Shown here: piece by piece, positions 48,001 to 60,343 of the stretch
Layout: each line of letters starts with the position of its first letter
Position numbering within the stretch: position 1 is the stretch's first letter
DNA from: Podarcis cretensis
Lineage: Eukaryota
Length of the DNA: 64,000 nucleotides
Reading direction: 5' to 3'
NCBI GenBank assembly: GCA_951804945.1
Contig: OX638158.1
Location: 28,334,001-28,398,000, forward strand
Notes under the pieces: generated by a model
Database searches by the model: none
The model's input: only the letters and a program-made list of their open reading frames with translations
Told to the model about the DNA's origin: nothing
Translations under genes and position numbers: made by a program

Positions 48001-49114
48001 GATTATGCGAAATCTACCACTAACAGCATCTTAGGGCAATATTAGACACTGCAGCAGTTGTGCGGGTTTAATTTAGAGCGGCCTCATCACATATATTGGG
48101 AGAGGACACACTGATCAAGGGGTTCAACCCTTCCTGAATATCTTGCAGCTCCTCTCCCCAGCTGCTTCTCACACAGCAAAGATGGTATTGGAGTGCTTCT
48201 GTGAGAAGGACTCATTTTCTATTAGCAGTCACTTTGGTTGAATTAAAAGCATAATACCAACAGGCTTATGTCTGAAGACACAAGGTTCTCAATTAGAACT
48301 TCAAAGTTTTTGCTGAAGATCTGTATTCATCCACTGGGGGGGGGGGATGTGGTTGTTTCAATCAGGTGAGTAGATGAAATGTACTATTTTAGAGATACTA
48401 AAGATAATCTTTGCATTCATCTAAATCTTATCAACGCATTTGAATGTGTTTGGAAGAAATTCCCATGATTTTGAAAGGAACTCATTTTCAAGCATTTAAT
48501 TAAATTTAGGATACTGTCATTGGAAGTAAGTTGGATGAAGTGGTAGCCTGGTACAAAAGTTAGCAAACTCATGAAAGATTGCACATTCTGAATTTAAGAG
48601 TTGCAGCAACCTCTTAACAGAGCAGTAGGTCACTAGAACTTTTAGAATCTTTGGGTTCCCAAACTACAAGTGGTCAACAAGTTTCATTCAAGTGGCCCAG
48701 TGTGTCTAAAAATACAATTAAAATCATACACCATCTAGCGCAGCATAATCATTACAATTGCTCTAAGAGGCAGGAGAATCATTAAGTGGTCTGCCAAGGC
48801 CCTCAGCAATGTTCAAGTGGTCTCAGAGGGAAAAGGTTTGGGAACCACTACTATAGACTAATGAAAATTGGTACTGGGATCCATGTTGTTTAAACTACCC
48901 TAGTCCAAGGCAGGCAATAAATTTTTTACTGTATGCAGAACCATTTGGATCCTCTTGTTAAACCTCTCTCAGAGCCCATGCCTAATTGGTGTGTGGATTA
49001 CCAATTCAATATAGCCCTATATAGCATACTGTCTTAGGCTTGGGTAAAGGCATGAGTGTGCTGTGACTTTTCCCATTTCCTCAAAATACACAGGGAAGCA
49101 GTGTTTGCAGGATA

Positions 49115-49456
49115 AAAGGTAAAGGGACCCCTGACCATTAGGTCCAGTTGTGGACGACTCTGGGGTTGCGGCGCTCATCTCGCTTTATTGGCCGAGGGAG
49201 CCGGCCTACAGCTTCCGGGTCATGTGGCCAGCATGACTAAGCCGCTTCTGGCGAACCAGAGCAGCGCATGGAAATGCTGTTTACCTTTCCACCAGAGCGG
49301 TACCTATTTATCTACTTGCACTTTGACGTGCTTTCGAACTGCTAGGTTGGCAGGAGCAGGGACTGAGCAACAGGAGCTCACCTCATCGTGGGGATTCGAA
49401 CCGCCGTCTGATTGGCAAGCCCTAGGCTCTGTGGTTTAACCCACAGCGCCACCCGC
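49115..49456 (-). mobile_element. Sauria SINE, near full length
   Basis: Same consensus as 32334-32680; TSD GCAGGATA. Confidence 0.9.
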
Positions 49457-51152
49457 AGGATACCAGAAGCTTAATGGGAGGGTGAGAGAACTTTGCCATA
49501 GTCTATATTGTGGAGAAAATATAGCCCCATCCCCATTCCACAACAACATAATGGTTCCTTCAATACAAATCAACAGCAAAGGCAAATGTACAGAACGATG
49601 AGGACATATCCCAAAGGGCTGGACATGAAAGAAGTAATCTAAAATTAGGTATCGGTACTAATAATGCATTACTTAATGTTTAGCTTCTAGGGATGAGTCT
49701 GTAATTGTATGTAACCACAAGCAGTCCATGTACTCTTGCCATCAAGTCTTTAGCTACTTCTTTCCATGTTCTTTTGTCACATATGTCATGCGGGGAGGGG
49801 TGCTTCAAGTCAAGGTAAGAACAAAGTCATCTTAGATTCACTGTCAACAAGAACTATGCTACTTCGGGCAATCCAGTACTATTACATTTCAGCCTGTATA
49901 GATAGGAGCTATTGACAGTGAACACACATCAGATCAGAGAAGACATTTGCTTAAAAGTTGATAGCTGGTAGTAGTTTGCATATAAACATGGCACAACTAG
50001 ATCTAAGCTACCGAGTCTGTTCATGCCATGAAAAGTCTCCACATGAAAAAAACCCGCCCAAATTATGATTTACATCTATGAAAATAGGCACTCTTGTTAA
50101 GGTGGATCTATACTATTTTCCATAGCTCTGTTAGCAAGCTGGATGTGTGGAAATTTGATAGCTCAGAGCAGTCTTGTAGGAATACGGCAACTAAGTATCT
50201 GAATTGCTGCTTCACAAGGAAATTGCTTTGTGGGATCTGGCCCAAGTACTAAGCAGCATCCTCCAAAAAGAAGGACTTCTCTTATGGCACTGGAAAATTT
50301 TACAAGTATCCATTGTTGGAGTGCCTGTACCTCCCAGGACTTCTCTGGGAGATTTCACCCTATTATGGCATCCTAAACAAGAAATAAATGTGTTCCTGTG
50401 CATGATATGTAGGAGTAGAAAGTTAAAACCTGCCCCCGCTATGTAGATCATAATTTGTCCAAGTCATCTTTTAGAAAGTAAGTAATTATAAGTCAGATTT
50501 TTATGCGAGTCACATTTTGGGTGCATGCATTGACTAACCATTTGTGCAGAGACCGGTTAGAATAAAGATACTCTGAAATATGGTCCCTTTTATTAATAGT
50601 GCACATTTGCCCCAGGCTCAAGAGAGAAACTTGCATTATCTTCCAAACCTGCCTGTTTCTGGCCTACCTGAACACCTGCCGTGTCCAAATACATGGGGGG
50701 GGGGGAAATAGATACAGCTCAAGGTGAATAGTGCAAGCACTCACCAGCTACAAACTGGAGGCTGAGCTATGCCCATTCAGCAGCAGTTTCCAGTTATAGA
50801 TTTTCTGAAAAGCAGATATAAAATGACCTGGATCCAAACTAGCACAAGTGTAATTTTAAAAGTGAAAAAAATAAAATCTAGCAAATGTGGAAGTTATTTT
50901 AGGGTACTCATGCACCCTTCTAGGTCATGGGCTCCATTGTGTGGTACTTCATAAGGTACAAAAGAGTGCTGCCAGACCTGAAGTTTTACCCTCCCTCATG
51001 CATGTTCAGAAGCACTTTTCACTCATGCACTCAAAGTGGGTGGGAAGTTGAATCTTGGCCAAAGATTTCTGCCAGAATTCAACAGTTTAAGGTAAAACTT
51101 GTGTAATACCACAAAACAAAACAAGCTCTCTCTCTCTCTCAATGTATGTATG

Positions 51153-51153
51153 C

Positions 51154-51204
<51 letters not shown>
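51153..51204. repeat. (TATATG)n microsatellite
   Basis: Directly visible. Confidence 0.95.
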
Positions 51205-51487
51205 CAGTGGTGCCTCGCAAGACGAAATTAATCCGTTCCGTGAGGCTCTTCGTATAGCGGTTTTTTCATCTTGCGAAGCAAGCCCATTGACAGCTTAGCG
51301 GATTAGCGCTATTAGCGGTTTAGCGGCTTTTAGCGGAACAGCTGATAAGCGGCTTAGGGCTTAGGAAAAGGGGGGGGGGAAGGGAAAAAACCCGCAGGAA
51401 CTCGCAAGACATTTTCGTCTTGCGAAGCAAGCCCATAGGGAAATTCGTTTTGCGAAGCGCCTCCAAAACACAAAACCCTTTACACTG
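51205..51487. mobile_element. Tigger/pogo-like MITE with degenerate right TIR, inserted in a (TATATG)n microsatellite
   Basis: Left end TA|CAGTGGTGCCTCGCAAGACGAA; right end only CACTG|TA; internal CGCAAGAC / GTCTTGCG inverted motifs. Confidence 0.75.
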
Positions 51488-53435
51488 TATGTATATGTAT
51501 TCCTACCAGCAGCATCTTGACATGGTACAATAGTAGCACAAAACATTTAAGATTTGGTCACATGACAGTAAAAAACCCCCCACTAAAAACTGGCAATCAA
51601 CTAGTACATGAGATGTGAAGAGAAGAGATCCAGCATATTTTCTAAGACTCTCCCTCTTTTTAAATTTACATTTCAATATTGTAGATTTAAAAATACATAG
51701 GCCAGCATAAAACAAAAAATTAAATGTTACCACGTTAATTGCAAGCTTCCAGGTTAGATGGTTTACATGCTAACTAAATCCATCTTAGTACATTATCAAA
51801 ATGCCCAGTGTTAGAAACTGGAACAGGAATGCTAGGAAGCCATGTGGCTCCTGGGACCTAGGCTGTGGGCGCCAAAACAAAATGTCCAGGTGCATTGCTT
51901 GTTTGTTTTTTCCTGCCCTGCTACCAGACCAGGTAGCCACACGGGGCGGGGGGGCTGGCTGGCTAGGGAATCAGGAGGTCTGCAGGGTACTGCAGCAGCA
52001 AAAGATGCGTCTTTTGCTTCCACTCTACTTGCCAAACACCTGATTCACCCCAGCGTGGCAGCATGGAAGCAAAAAAAGTGTGTGTTTTCCTGCTGCACCG
52101 CTGGGCAAATCAGGTGTTTGGTGGGCGTGCCCAGCAGACCAGATGACTACAGCCAGGCAGGTGGACATGCTAGGAGCAAAGCACGCCTCCTTGATATCTC
52201 AATCCAGCTGCAGGAAGCCAGTTGCCAGTCGCAAAATGCGACTGGTGCCCAGCTAATTTTGAACTCTGAATGCCCGTTATGGCAAATATTCCATTATTTA
52301 ATAAATGGCATCCAATTCTTCTCAAAAGTCTACTGTATTACTTCTTCCTTCCCCCAAGTATTTGTAACTCCTGGTAACTTCAAGACTTCCTCTTAAGAGA
52401 GCACTTATGGCAGTATTTTGCAATACAAGATTAAAGGCTCCAAGTGTAGCTCTTAACAGAGGAATTTTGGAACCCTTAAGGGAGACATATCCAAAATCAA
52501 GATGAGCTCCTTTACAAGGAGGAAGGAGAACAGAATTCAGGTTCTGCATGAAGGGAAATAATCTGAAGCTATCCATGACAAGACTAGCATGTACCAAAGT
52601 TAACTCTCAAAATTGCAGTGAGAATGTAATGTGCTACTCTCCCTTCACATCCAGCCCTAAATTCAAGTCAAACTCTCTGGATTAACAGGAGTTCATGGAC
52701 TACAGGACTTTTAGGTCACATGCTGCGCAAGCATGCCACAGCAGTAAGCATAACAAATTAAATAAGAAGACTGTACTGTGCAAAAAGCCTATCTCAATTT
52801 AGGCTAGAAAAATAAATAGCAGTTAAGTGGGCATGCTTATTCACTCACTGGTCACTTCTGGCTCTCAAATTACAGTAACTCTTAAGGAGATCTCCAGTGT
52901 TAGTCATACATGGATTAGACCTGTGAAATCAATGGACAAATTACTCGTCTCTCAATTTCAACATGTATATTCTAAGCACGACTAACACTGGATATTACTC
53001 TTAGTTACTAGTTGTCCCCATCCTTGGAAACCTCAAACACACAGATAGGGCTTGCATGGATGACAGCTTATTTTGCTGTTACATTTCAGACAATTTTACC
53101 TTTTATTCCAAGTACTTTCAGACCAAGTTATATCTGACTTGGTATGCTGCCCCTTTAGTCTGAATCCAAATTTTTCAAAAGTTAATTTGGGCATGTTTAA
53201 CTGATCCTGTGTAAATTCTTCTACAAGTCACCCTATCTGCTCTGGACTCCTTAGAGAAGATGGATGGGGAATAAATATCCAGAGTTTCAAAAAGTAGATT
53301 GGATTGATCCAAGGTGCAACAGGTAGCAAATCTGGGGCTGCAGTAAAGGATGAACACTCCCTTGGTCACCTGTGGTGGTTAATCATTACCTACATTTACT
53401 GAGGGACCTCCCCACTGTTGAAGGTCATCATAGCT

Positions 53436-53574
53436 GAGGGGTGAGGAATCCCTAGCCCTCCAGATGTTGTTGAACTACAGTTCCCATCATCCACAAACAC
53501 TGGTCATGCTTGCTGGGGCTGATGGGAGTTGGGAATCCAGCAACGTCTAGAGGGCCACAGGTTCCACACACCCA
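53436..53574. mobile_element. Short palindromic hAT-like MITE (related decayed copies at ~38040, ~40505, ~41450, ~46930)
   Basis: Internal symmetry CCCTCCAGATGTTG...CCCATCA / TGATGGG...CAACGTCTAGAGGG; flanking TCATAGC duplication. Confidence 0.65.
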
Positions 53575-53767
53575 TCATAGCAGTGGCCTGCAGAGGACTA
53601 CAAACATATTTCTCATTGCCCAGTATCAATTGAAAGAAATATCGTGGGGGATATAATAACTGGGTGTGTCTATAACACTGTTTTGCATTAGACAAGGCAG
53701 TAGCAAGGAGGTTACACTTGTAACTATTACTGCAACCAGTCAAGAACCACAAGGAGGGCTCAGGGTA

Positions 53768-53935
53768 ACATGGGAACATAGGCAAGCTACCTTATACAGA
53801 GTCAAGAACATTGGTCCATCTAGCTCAGTACTGCCCACACAGACTGGCAGAGACTCTTTCAGACTGGGAACATTTCCAGCCCTGAGTCAGAACCTTTTTC
53901 TGCAGGCAAGGCAGATGCTCTACCGCTTGAGCCAC
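53768..53935 (-). mobile_element. tRNA-derived SINE with CR1-like tail, degenerate
   Basis: Similar to 32036-32210 (GGAACATAGG...CCTTATAC...CATTGGTCCATCTAGCTCAG). Confidence 0.65.
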
Positions 53936-55479
53936 ACACCCTCCTAGTTCTACATCAACACAAGCTTTCTCCTGAGCAATTATTTCCGAAAGCTACATTA
54001 ATATGCCTAATTTGCCCTCAAAGACTCACAGAAACAAGCCAGCTCACATCAACCGCTAACATGATACTTTTTGGCTCAAAATGGCAGGCTAATTGTATTG
54101 GCCCTCCAAGACATTCACATAGATAAGTGACTAGAATTTCTCAATTATTTCATTTCAGTTGAATACACAAGTATAACGTCATAGCTCCAGACAGCAAGTC
54201 CATGAGTCAGAGAGTATTAGCCAGTGCAAAGGTTTGCAGCTTTCACTGGAGTGGCAAAGATAAGAAACTATAGCATTTTTTCACCTGGTGACTAATAATG
54301 TATCTTTATACAAGCAGTAACTGATTACGCAGTCATTACTTTGGATTCTGTTGTGTCACACCTATGCTTAAGGGAAGAAACTACATTTTTAAGAAGTTGT
54401 AGAAGTGTGTTAATCCGAGGACCAGGGTTCATACATTCTCTTTAGCCACAGCATTCTTTTTTTTACCTATGCAGTTCAAACTAGTGTTTCATCATGGGTA
54501 GAATCATTAGTCACAGATGCACATGTTAGCATTAACAGCCAAGTTTTGTTGCGGCTATTTGCAGGGTAATTATACCGCGAAACAAACAAAACTTTTGTAT
54601 ACGAGTTTTGTTGCCAGTTCAGATGCTACTTTTTGAAAATGCAAGTCACATCTTGCTTGCCAGCAGCACACAAGTCTGACAGATTGGTAAAATCCTGAAT
54701 GCTTTGGGGAGTCCTTATTTCTCAGGCACGCCTGCAAGTCAGACCTGCATGTTACTTTGTGCACTTATCTCTAGTCTAGAGGGATGATGCTGCTGTCTAC
54801 AAACAGGCCCTGGAGGGGCTTCTTTTTAAAGCAGACTCCACTCTCCAGGTGTACATTGGTTGGAAGTAACTTAGAGTCACAGATTATACACAGAAAGGAA
54901 GTAAAGGCAAGAGCAAAATGAAAAAGTAGACACAACCAGTAAAAAAAAGGGGGGGTCTCTATGGGCATTGGCACTTTCCTTATATCAATTAAGTATTGAA
55001 ACTAGCAAGTAGTTCTGCTCCACAGAAAAGGGATAGCCAAAACAGGCAGGCAATACAGATCCCCTAGACCACAAATAGAAGTTTGAAAGATAGCAACAAT
55101 CAAGGGGCAAGAGCAAGAGCAAGAGAAAACCCACTTTCTAACTGGAGTATTTCCCCAAGAGCAACAATTGTCACAGGAGAATATTCTAGAAGTAGCATGC
55201 CTCAGAGCATTTTCCCACTTTCCACATTCAACTAATAAACACATGAGCTGGAATCCTGTCCCATTTCTTTTTCCTTTTCACAAGTTGCTCCTTCCAGATA
55301 CAGACCCTGGGACTGCTGGACTCTTGTTTGAACCACCCTGCCAAAGGGAAATAAACGCCCGTTGTTGCTTAATCAGGGCATTTCACCGCCTTTTATTCAA
55401 AGGAAGTTGGCTGAACAGAGAGGAGAAGTGGGTCCCATTTGAGAACGGGGGCAGCTGCAAAATCTACCAGAGAGACTCT

Positions 55480-56870
55480 CCTCCTGCAAGCTTCGTCTTG
55501 CCCCGTCGCTCCCTCCTCCCCCTTTCCAGGCTTGACTCAAGCAGCGCCAACTGAATGAGGAAGTCAAGCTCGGCGGGCGGAAGCCAAGCCCATTGCAATG
55601 TCTGCAACAAGGTTGTCAGCCCGTGACTCAGGCGGGAGCCCTGACAGCTGCCAAGCGGTATACTGCCCGTTACTTCCCAGCTTTGTTTTTTTTTAAAAAA
55701 GGGGGGGAGAGAGGGGGGCAGGAAATCCTTAGATGATTAGAGGGTGCAACCCCAGCTACAAACCGAGGAGAGAGAACGAGCAGGTTTAATCTCTTGCAAC
55801 AAGAGCAAGATATATTAACAGGCAGCAGAGGATGAGAGAAGCACGCGATCAGCTGCTTTCTCAGAGAGGCAAGAGGCGGTAGTCTTAAAGCCATTTCCCC
55901 TGCAGGGTTGTTGGGGTTAGGGGCGGTGGGGGGAGGGGAAAAAGGTATTTTGGGGGAGGGGAAGCACAGGTAGCCGGTGCGGCAAGGGAAGGATCCTGTG
56001 CGTGGCAATTGCACAGCGTTCCCCAACCTCAGGCGGAAAGGAAGCCAAGAGATGATGGCTGCACCTTCCCCCACCCCACCCCGTTTCCACCCCCCCCTCC
56101 AAAGCCGATGCCCCCGCAGTGGGTGGCACTTCCTGGGCTTGCAGCCCGCTTGGCAGAAGAAAGGCATTCTAGAAGTTAAGCCACACCCGCCCGCCCGCCT
56201 CGCAATGAACCTCAACCAGCCGGCGCCAAACTGAAAGCCAAGCGCCATCTCTCGCGTGTTTCCCGTCCCGTCCCGCGCCGTCCCTGAAGCAGGATTTCAC
56301 CTGAGTCTGGCCAAAGCCCGGGAGGTTGGGGGGTGGGGTGGGCGAACCGCCGCGGCTCCTGCTCCTCGCTGTGGGAAGACTAGACTCGGTACCCGGCACC
56401 TTTGGAGAGATTCGCAGCGCCCCACCCGCCGCGCTGTTCCAGCTTCAACGCCTCACACTCACCGGCAACAGCGAGGTTTCAAGCCGGGAGGGAGCGGCCG
56501 CGGCTAAGGACAGCAACACCCACCTGCTGTACTGCTGGCCAATAAAAAGGGCAGCTTGCTCTGACTGAGCTCCAGCTCCCGCCAATGGCGACGCAAGAAG
56601 AGGGCAGTGCTGCTAAAGAAGGCGGAGGGCGCTTTTTTTTTTTTTAATCTCCTCAACTGACGCCTCAACCCCCGCTTCTCATATTAGCCCGCCTCTCATC
56701 CTCCTCGCAGAAATGGGCTCAGCCAATGCGCCCTCATTCAGAGAGGAGCGTAGACTGACACGTCGGGCGGCCAGTAGGTGCAGGGAGAAAGGGTAGGGCC
56801 CTTTGTGGGCCTATCTTGAACGTTTCCCTGGCTGTTCTGAGGCGTGGCAGCAAGGAGTGGAGTGGCGGCG
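55480..56870. promoter_or_regulatory. CpG island / MYH9 promoter
   Basis: Sharp rise in GC and CpG content against AT-rich flanks; CCAAT boxes near 56539, 56582 and 56723; GC-box-like GGGCGG/CCCGCC motifs; AP-1 TGACTCA near 55533 and 55624; located 5' of exon 2 on the minus strand. Confidence 0.85.
56301..56520 (-). other. MYH9: Candidate non-coding exon 1 of MYH9 (TSS approximate)
   Basis: Within the CpG island; no ATG on the minus strand; ends CCAGACTCAG|GTGAAA, resembling the recalled human exon 1 end (CCAGGTTCAG); an alternative strong donor CCG|GTGAGT is at 56463. Confidence 0.5.
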
Positions 56871-59800
56871 GGGGAGAAATCCCTACCATCCATTTTCAGC
56901 CCCATTAACCTACCCTGAGTAGGAACAAAACAGTGGGCACTCGCCTGTTCTCCTGTGCATGCTCAAGCAGAAGCAAACCTACTGTATTTAATAGGGCTCT
57001 CTCCAAGACTGGCCCTTAAACATCTAAAAGCAAATACTCAGGTCTTCTACTTCCATTTAGCAATAGCGAAATTTTTCAAAATTAAAATTGTTCGACGCTT
57101 ATTAATTGAAGTTTAACACGTCACATATAACACTCTTGCAGTACTGATAAAAGACTGGGAAAGTGCCCTTAAATAGGCACGCTGACTTTCTCTTCACCAC
57201 TGGATCCTGCACAAACTTACTCCCTTCAGAGCTCTTCTGCAGCCTTGCCCTCCCACTTGTCTCTCCACTTCTATTTTCCAAGGCATCCCTTTCTTTGACG
57301 TCCTCTTGTCCACCACTTAGCTGTCCAAAGGTTTCCTGCATCCTGAAACAACTCTGCTCTTCCTGTCTTCCTGCCCATTATGCTTGGAACTGCGTCCAGA
57401 AGGCCTTTGCAACCTCCTTCCTTAACGTCCCTCCTCAAAATTCATTTATTTTGTAGAAGAATTTTGTAACAACCAAAGTGCATGGAGTTGAAATAATTTC
57501 ACATTCCCCCGTTTACCCCTACCTCCATTTCGCATTCCCTCTTCTATGTTTTAGATTGCAAGCTTTTTGGAGTAGGGACTTGTGAAACCTGTTCTTTGTG
57601 AAGCTCTGTATACATGCATGCCACTGTCACCATCATCAAGCTTACAAAAAAAGGTAAGAATCACTTTGTTATATTAGATCAAGATCTATTTAAGCTGCAG
57701 CAGTTCTGTGCACACCTAAGTATAAGCCTCATTGAACATAGTGGGACTTTCTTCTGAGTAAACATGCACAGGCTTGCCTCGTTAGTCCAACATTGTGTTT
57801 TCAGTGATGGCCAAGCAGATTCCCCTGGAACGTTCACAACAGGACATGATGAAGATAGCCAACCCATTATTGTTATCAGTATGTGGAAACCAGAGGTATT
57901 CTACCTCTAAACACAAAAGTCTCATTTATATCTGTCATTCCTAACATTAATGCACTTGTCTTTCCTCCACTAGTCATTTTACAAATCTTTTATATATTTT
58001 TTTAATAAAATATTTATACTTTTTTAATGTTCAGAGATAGCATACTCCCACTTACCAAGTACTAAGGATAATCAATAAGGTTTGGCTAGCTTCATTGACT
58101 TTTAAATTCTAGAAATCAGGTGAACCAAATACATCAAGATGAGGAACCTCATCCCTGACATTTTGACGATTTCTGCCCTGACACTGCTTCCGGATGCAGT
58201 ATTCCATGAATGTCCGGGAAATTCCAGACATATGGCAATCCTAGCTTCACTGCATGAATTACCCAACCTTTTACCAGACTACACCAGTGTTGGACTTGCC
58301 AAATTTAATTGTGAAAAACCAGGGTTTGTTTGTTTTTTTAAAGGCAGCAATATTACACCCATTGATCTTCAAGGACGTCCCACTGAGCGCAATGGGATTC
58401 CACTGTTATATGTAGTGCTTTAAGGAGTTCTGATGTACAATATCTCATTAACATATATGGCAGCTGAGAAACCACTTTCATTATCTAGCCACTCTACTCA
58501 GGAGTCTGATTCTCAAGTTGGATGGTCAGATGAAAAAGAGGGCAGGGCTCCTGTACCTTTAAAAGTTATGTAGAAAGCGGGGAATATCAGTAGGTGTAGG
58601 CGTGGTCATCCAAGCTACAGCTGCAGAATATTGCCACCTCCACACAACTGTGGCAAATGTGCAGGAATCCTGTCCTCTTTAACCTCTGTTCGATCTCCTG
58701 CTAAATAAAAGTTGGACCTACTGTATCATGGTATGAAGCTAACAGACACACCAAGAACCATTATTTTGAAGCTGGTCAAGCAAATTGATGGGAAGTTTGC
58801 ATCACCAGTGTTAATCACAATAGTCAATGTCAAATCTTTAGTGAAAGAAAATTATCAGTGAAATTCTGTGGATATTTATTCAGAAGTAAGTTCTAGTTTT
58901 CTATGTTTGTAATGCTTTAAAAAAAAGGCAACATCAGATTATAACTGAAGTTTATAAAGCACTGGAGGGGCTCTAATAAAATAAAAGATGTTCATTCCAA
59001 AATTCAGACACTCTTGTAACTAAACACTTTCCTGGTACCATGTATGATAAGGTGTTCTGTAGTGGGATTCATGGGCTGGCAGAGAATAAATTATTATACA
59101 GGTAACTTCTTTTCTTTGTGCTCAACACAGAAGGCATGGGATACGATACCAGAGGAAGGAAGCCGCCTTCTTGCCTAGCATTGAAATTCATGAGGCTGCT
59201 GGAAGAGGGACAGAGTCTGTTATCCATTCTGTCAGCCCATAGCAAGCCAGTGCAAGATGCTCTGAACACATAAATACCAATCCTGGTGTGACTGCACTAG
59301 CTACCAATTTATTTATTGCTGTAAGCTGCTTTGAGTTACTTTTGTTAAGAAAAACACCTAAGTATGATAAATAATAACAATTTCAAGCAAACAAGCCACC
59401 TGTCTGTCAATCATAGGCTAGTAACTTTTGAGGGCTCGTTTACAAGGCTGACTTAAACATTTTCAGGTATTATTGATTTCAGTGGAGAAGATATAAGTAT
59501 GGGCTTCTGACACTGTCATCAATGTGAATTTAAAATCCTAGCTTTAGCTGGGCCATTCCCAAGGCTTTTTGTACGCTAGAGAATGTATATTTGTAGGTAT
59601 AAATGATGTGAGAAAAGACATTAATTAGGTCAAGGATCCTAAAAAGACCAATAAGAAACTTCAAGAATCAGAATAGCTGAAGGTGTACTTGGAGAAACAG
59701 AGTATCCTAGAGAAATTAACCTGAAGACTCTTGAAAGAAAGTTTATTTGGTTAAGAAAGGGATGAAGGGTGGAGAAGGTGATGCTACTAAAGTTGTTGAA

Positions 59801-59921
59801 AGATGTGTGCCACCGAACATCATTGTATCAAGGATTAAAAGATAAAATACTATGGTTAAGCATTAGTGAGAACAGTGTAAGGAGAAGAAATTGCAGGGCT
59901 GGAAATAGAACTCAGCTACTT

Positions 59922-60343
59922 GGAGAGCAAGTGTGGAGCAGTGGTTAGAGTGTTGGACAAACATTGTAGGAGATAAGGGTTCAAATTCCCATGTGGCCAT
60001 AAAGCTCACTGAGTGATTTCGGCCGCATACACGCCAGACATTCAAGCATGCACACACACAAAAACTCATGGGAACTGTAGTTTGTTGTGAGTGCTAGAAA
60101 CTAGCTCTGAGGGGGAAACTCCAGTTCCCGGAATTCTCTTTGGGGGATGGGCATGCAGAGAAATGTGTTTTAAAATTTTGTTAAATACATGGCACGTACT
60201 GTCTCTCAGCCTAACCTACATCACAGGGTTGTTGTGAGGATAAAAGGATAAAAGGAACTTGGGAAAACCATGTACACTGCCTTTACTTCTTTGAAGTAAA
60301 AGGCAGGCTCTAAATGCAATTAATAAATATATCAATAAATAAA
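59922..60343 (+). mobile_element. MIR/CORE-like SINE interrupted by a ~170-bp insertion (~60025-60196)
   Basis: tRNA head GTGGTTAGAGTGTTGGAC...GGGTTCAAATTCCC; resumes TCTCTCAGCCTAACCTACATCACAGGGTTGTTGTGAGGATAAA; A-rich tail. Confidence 0.6.

Noticed and set aside
51842-52396. 184-aa plus-strand ORF
   Set aside because: Lies over a GC-rich repeat-like intronic segment; no domain or splice support.
55903-55961. G-quadruplex-like G-run cluster
   Set aside because: Common in CpG-island flanks; nothing here indicates a specific function.
55670-56568. 192-aa and other ORFs in the CpG island
   Set aside because: Stop-poor GC-rich sequence; Arg/Gly/Pro-biased with no homology I recognise; better explained as promoter, exon 1 and the start of intron 1.
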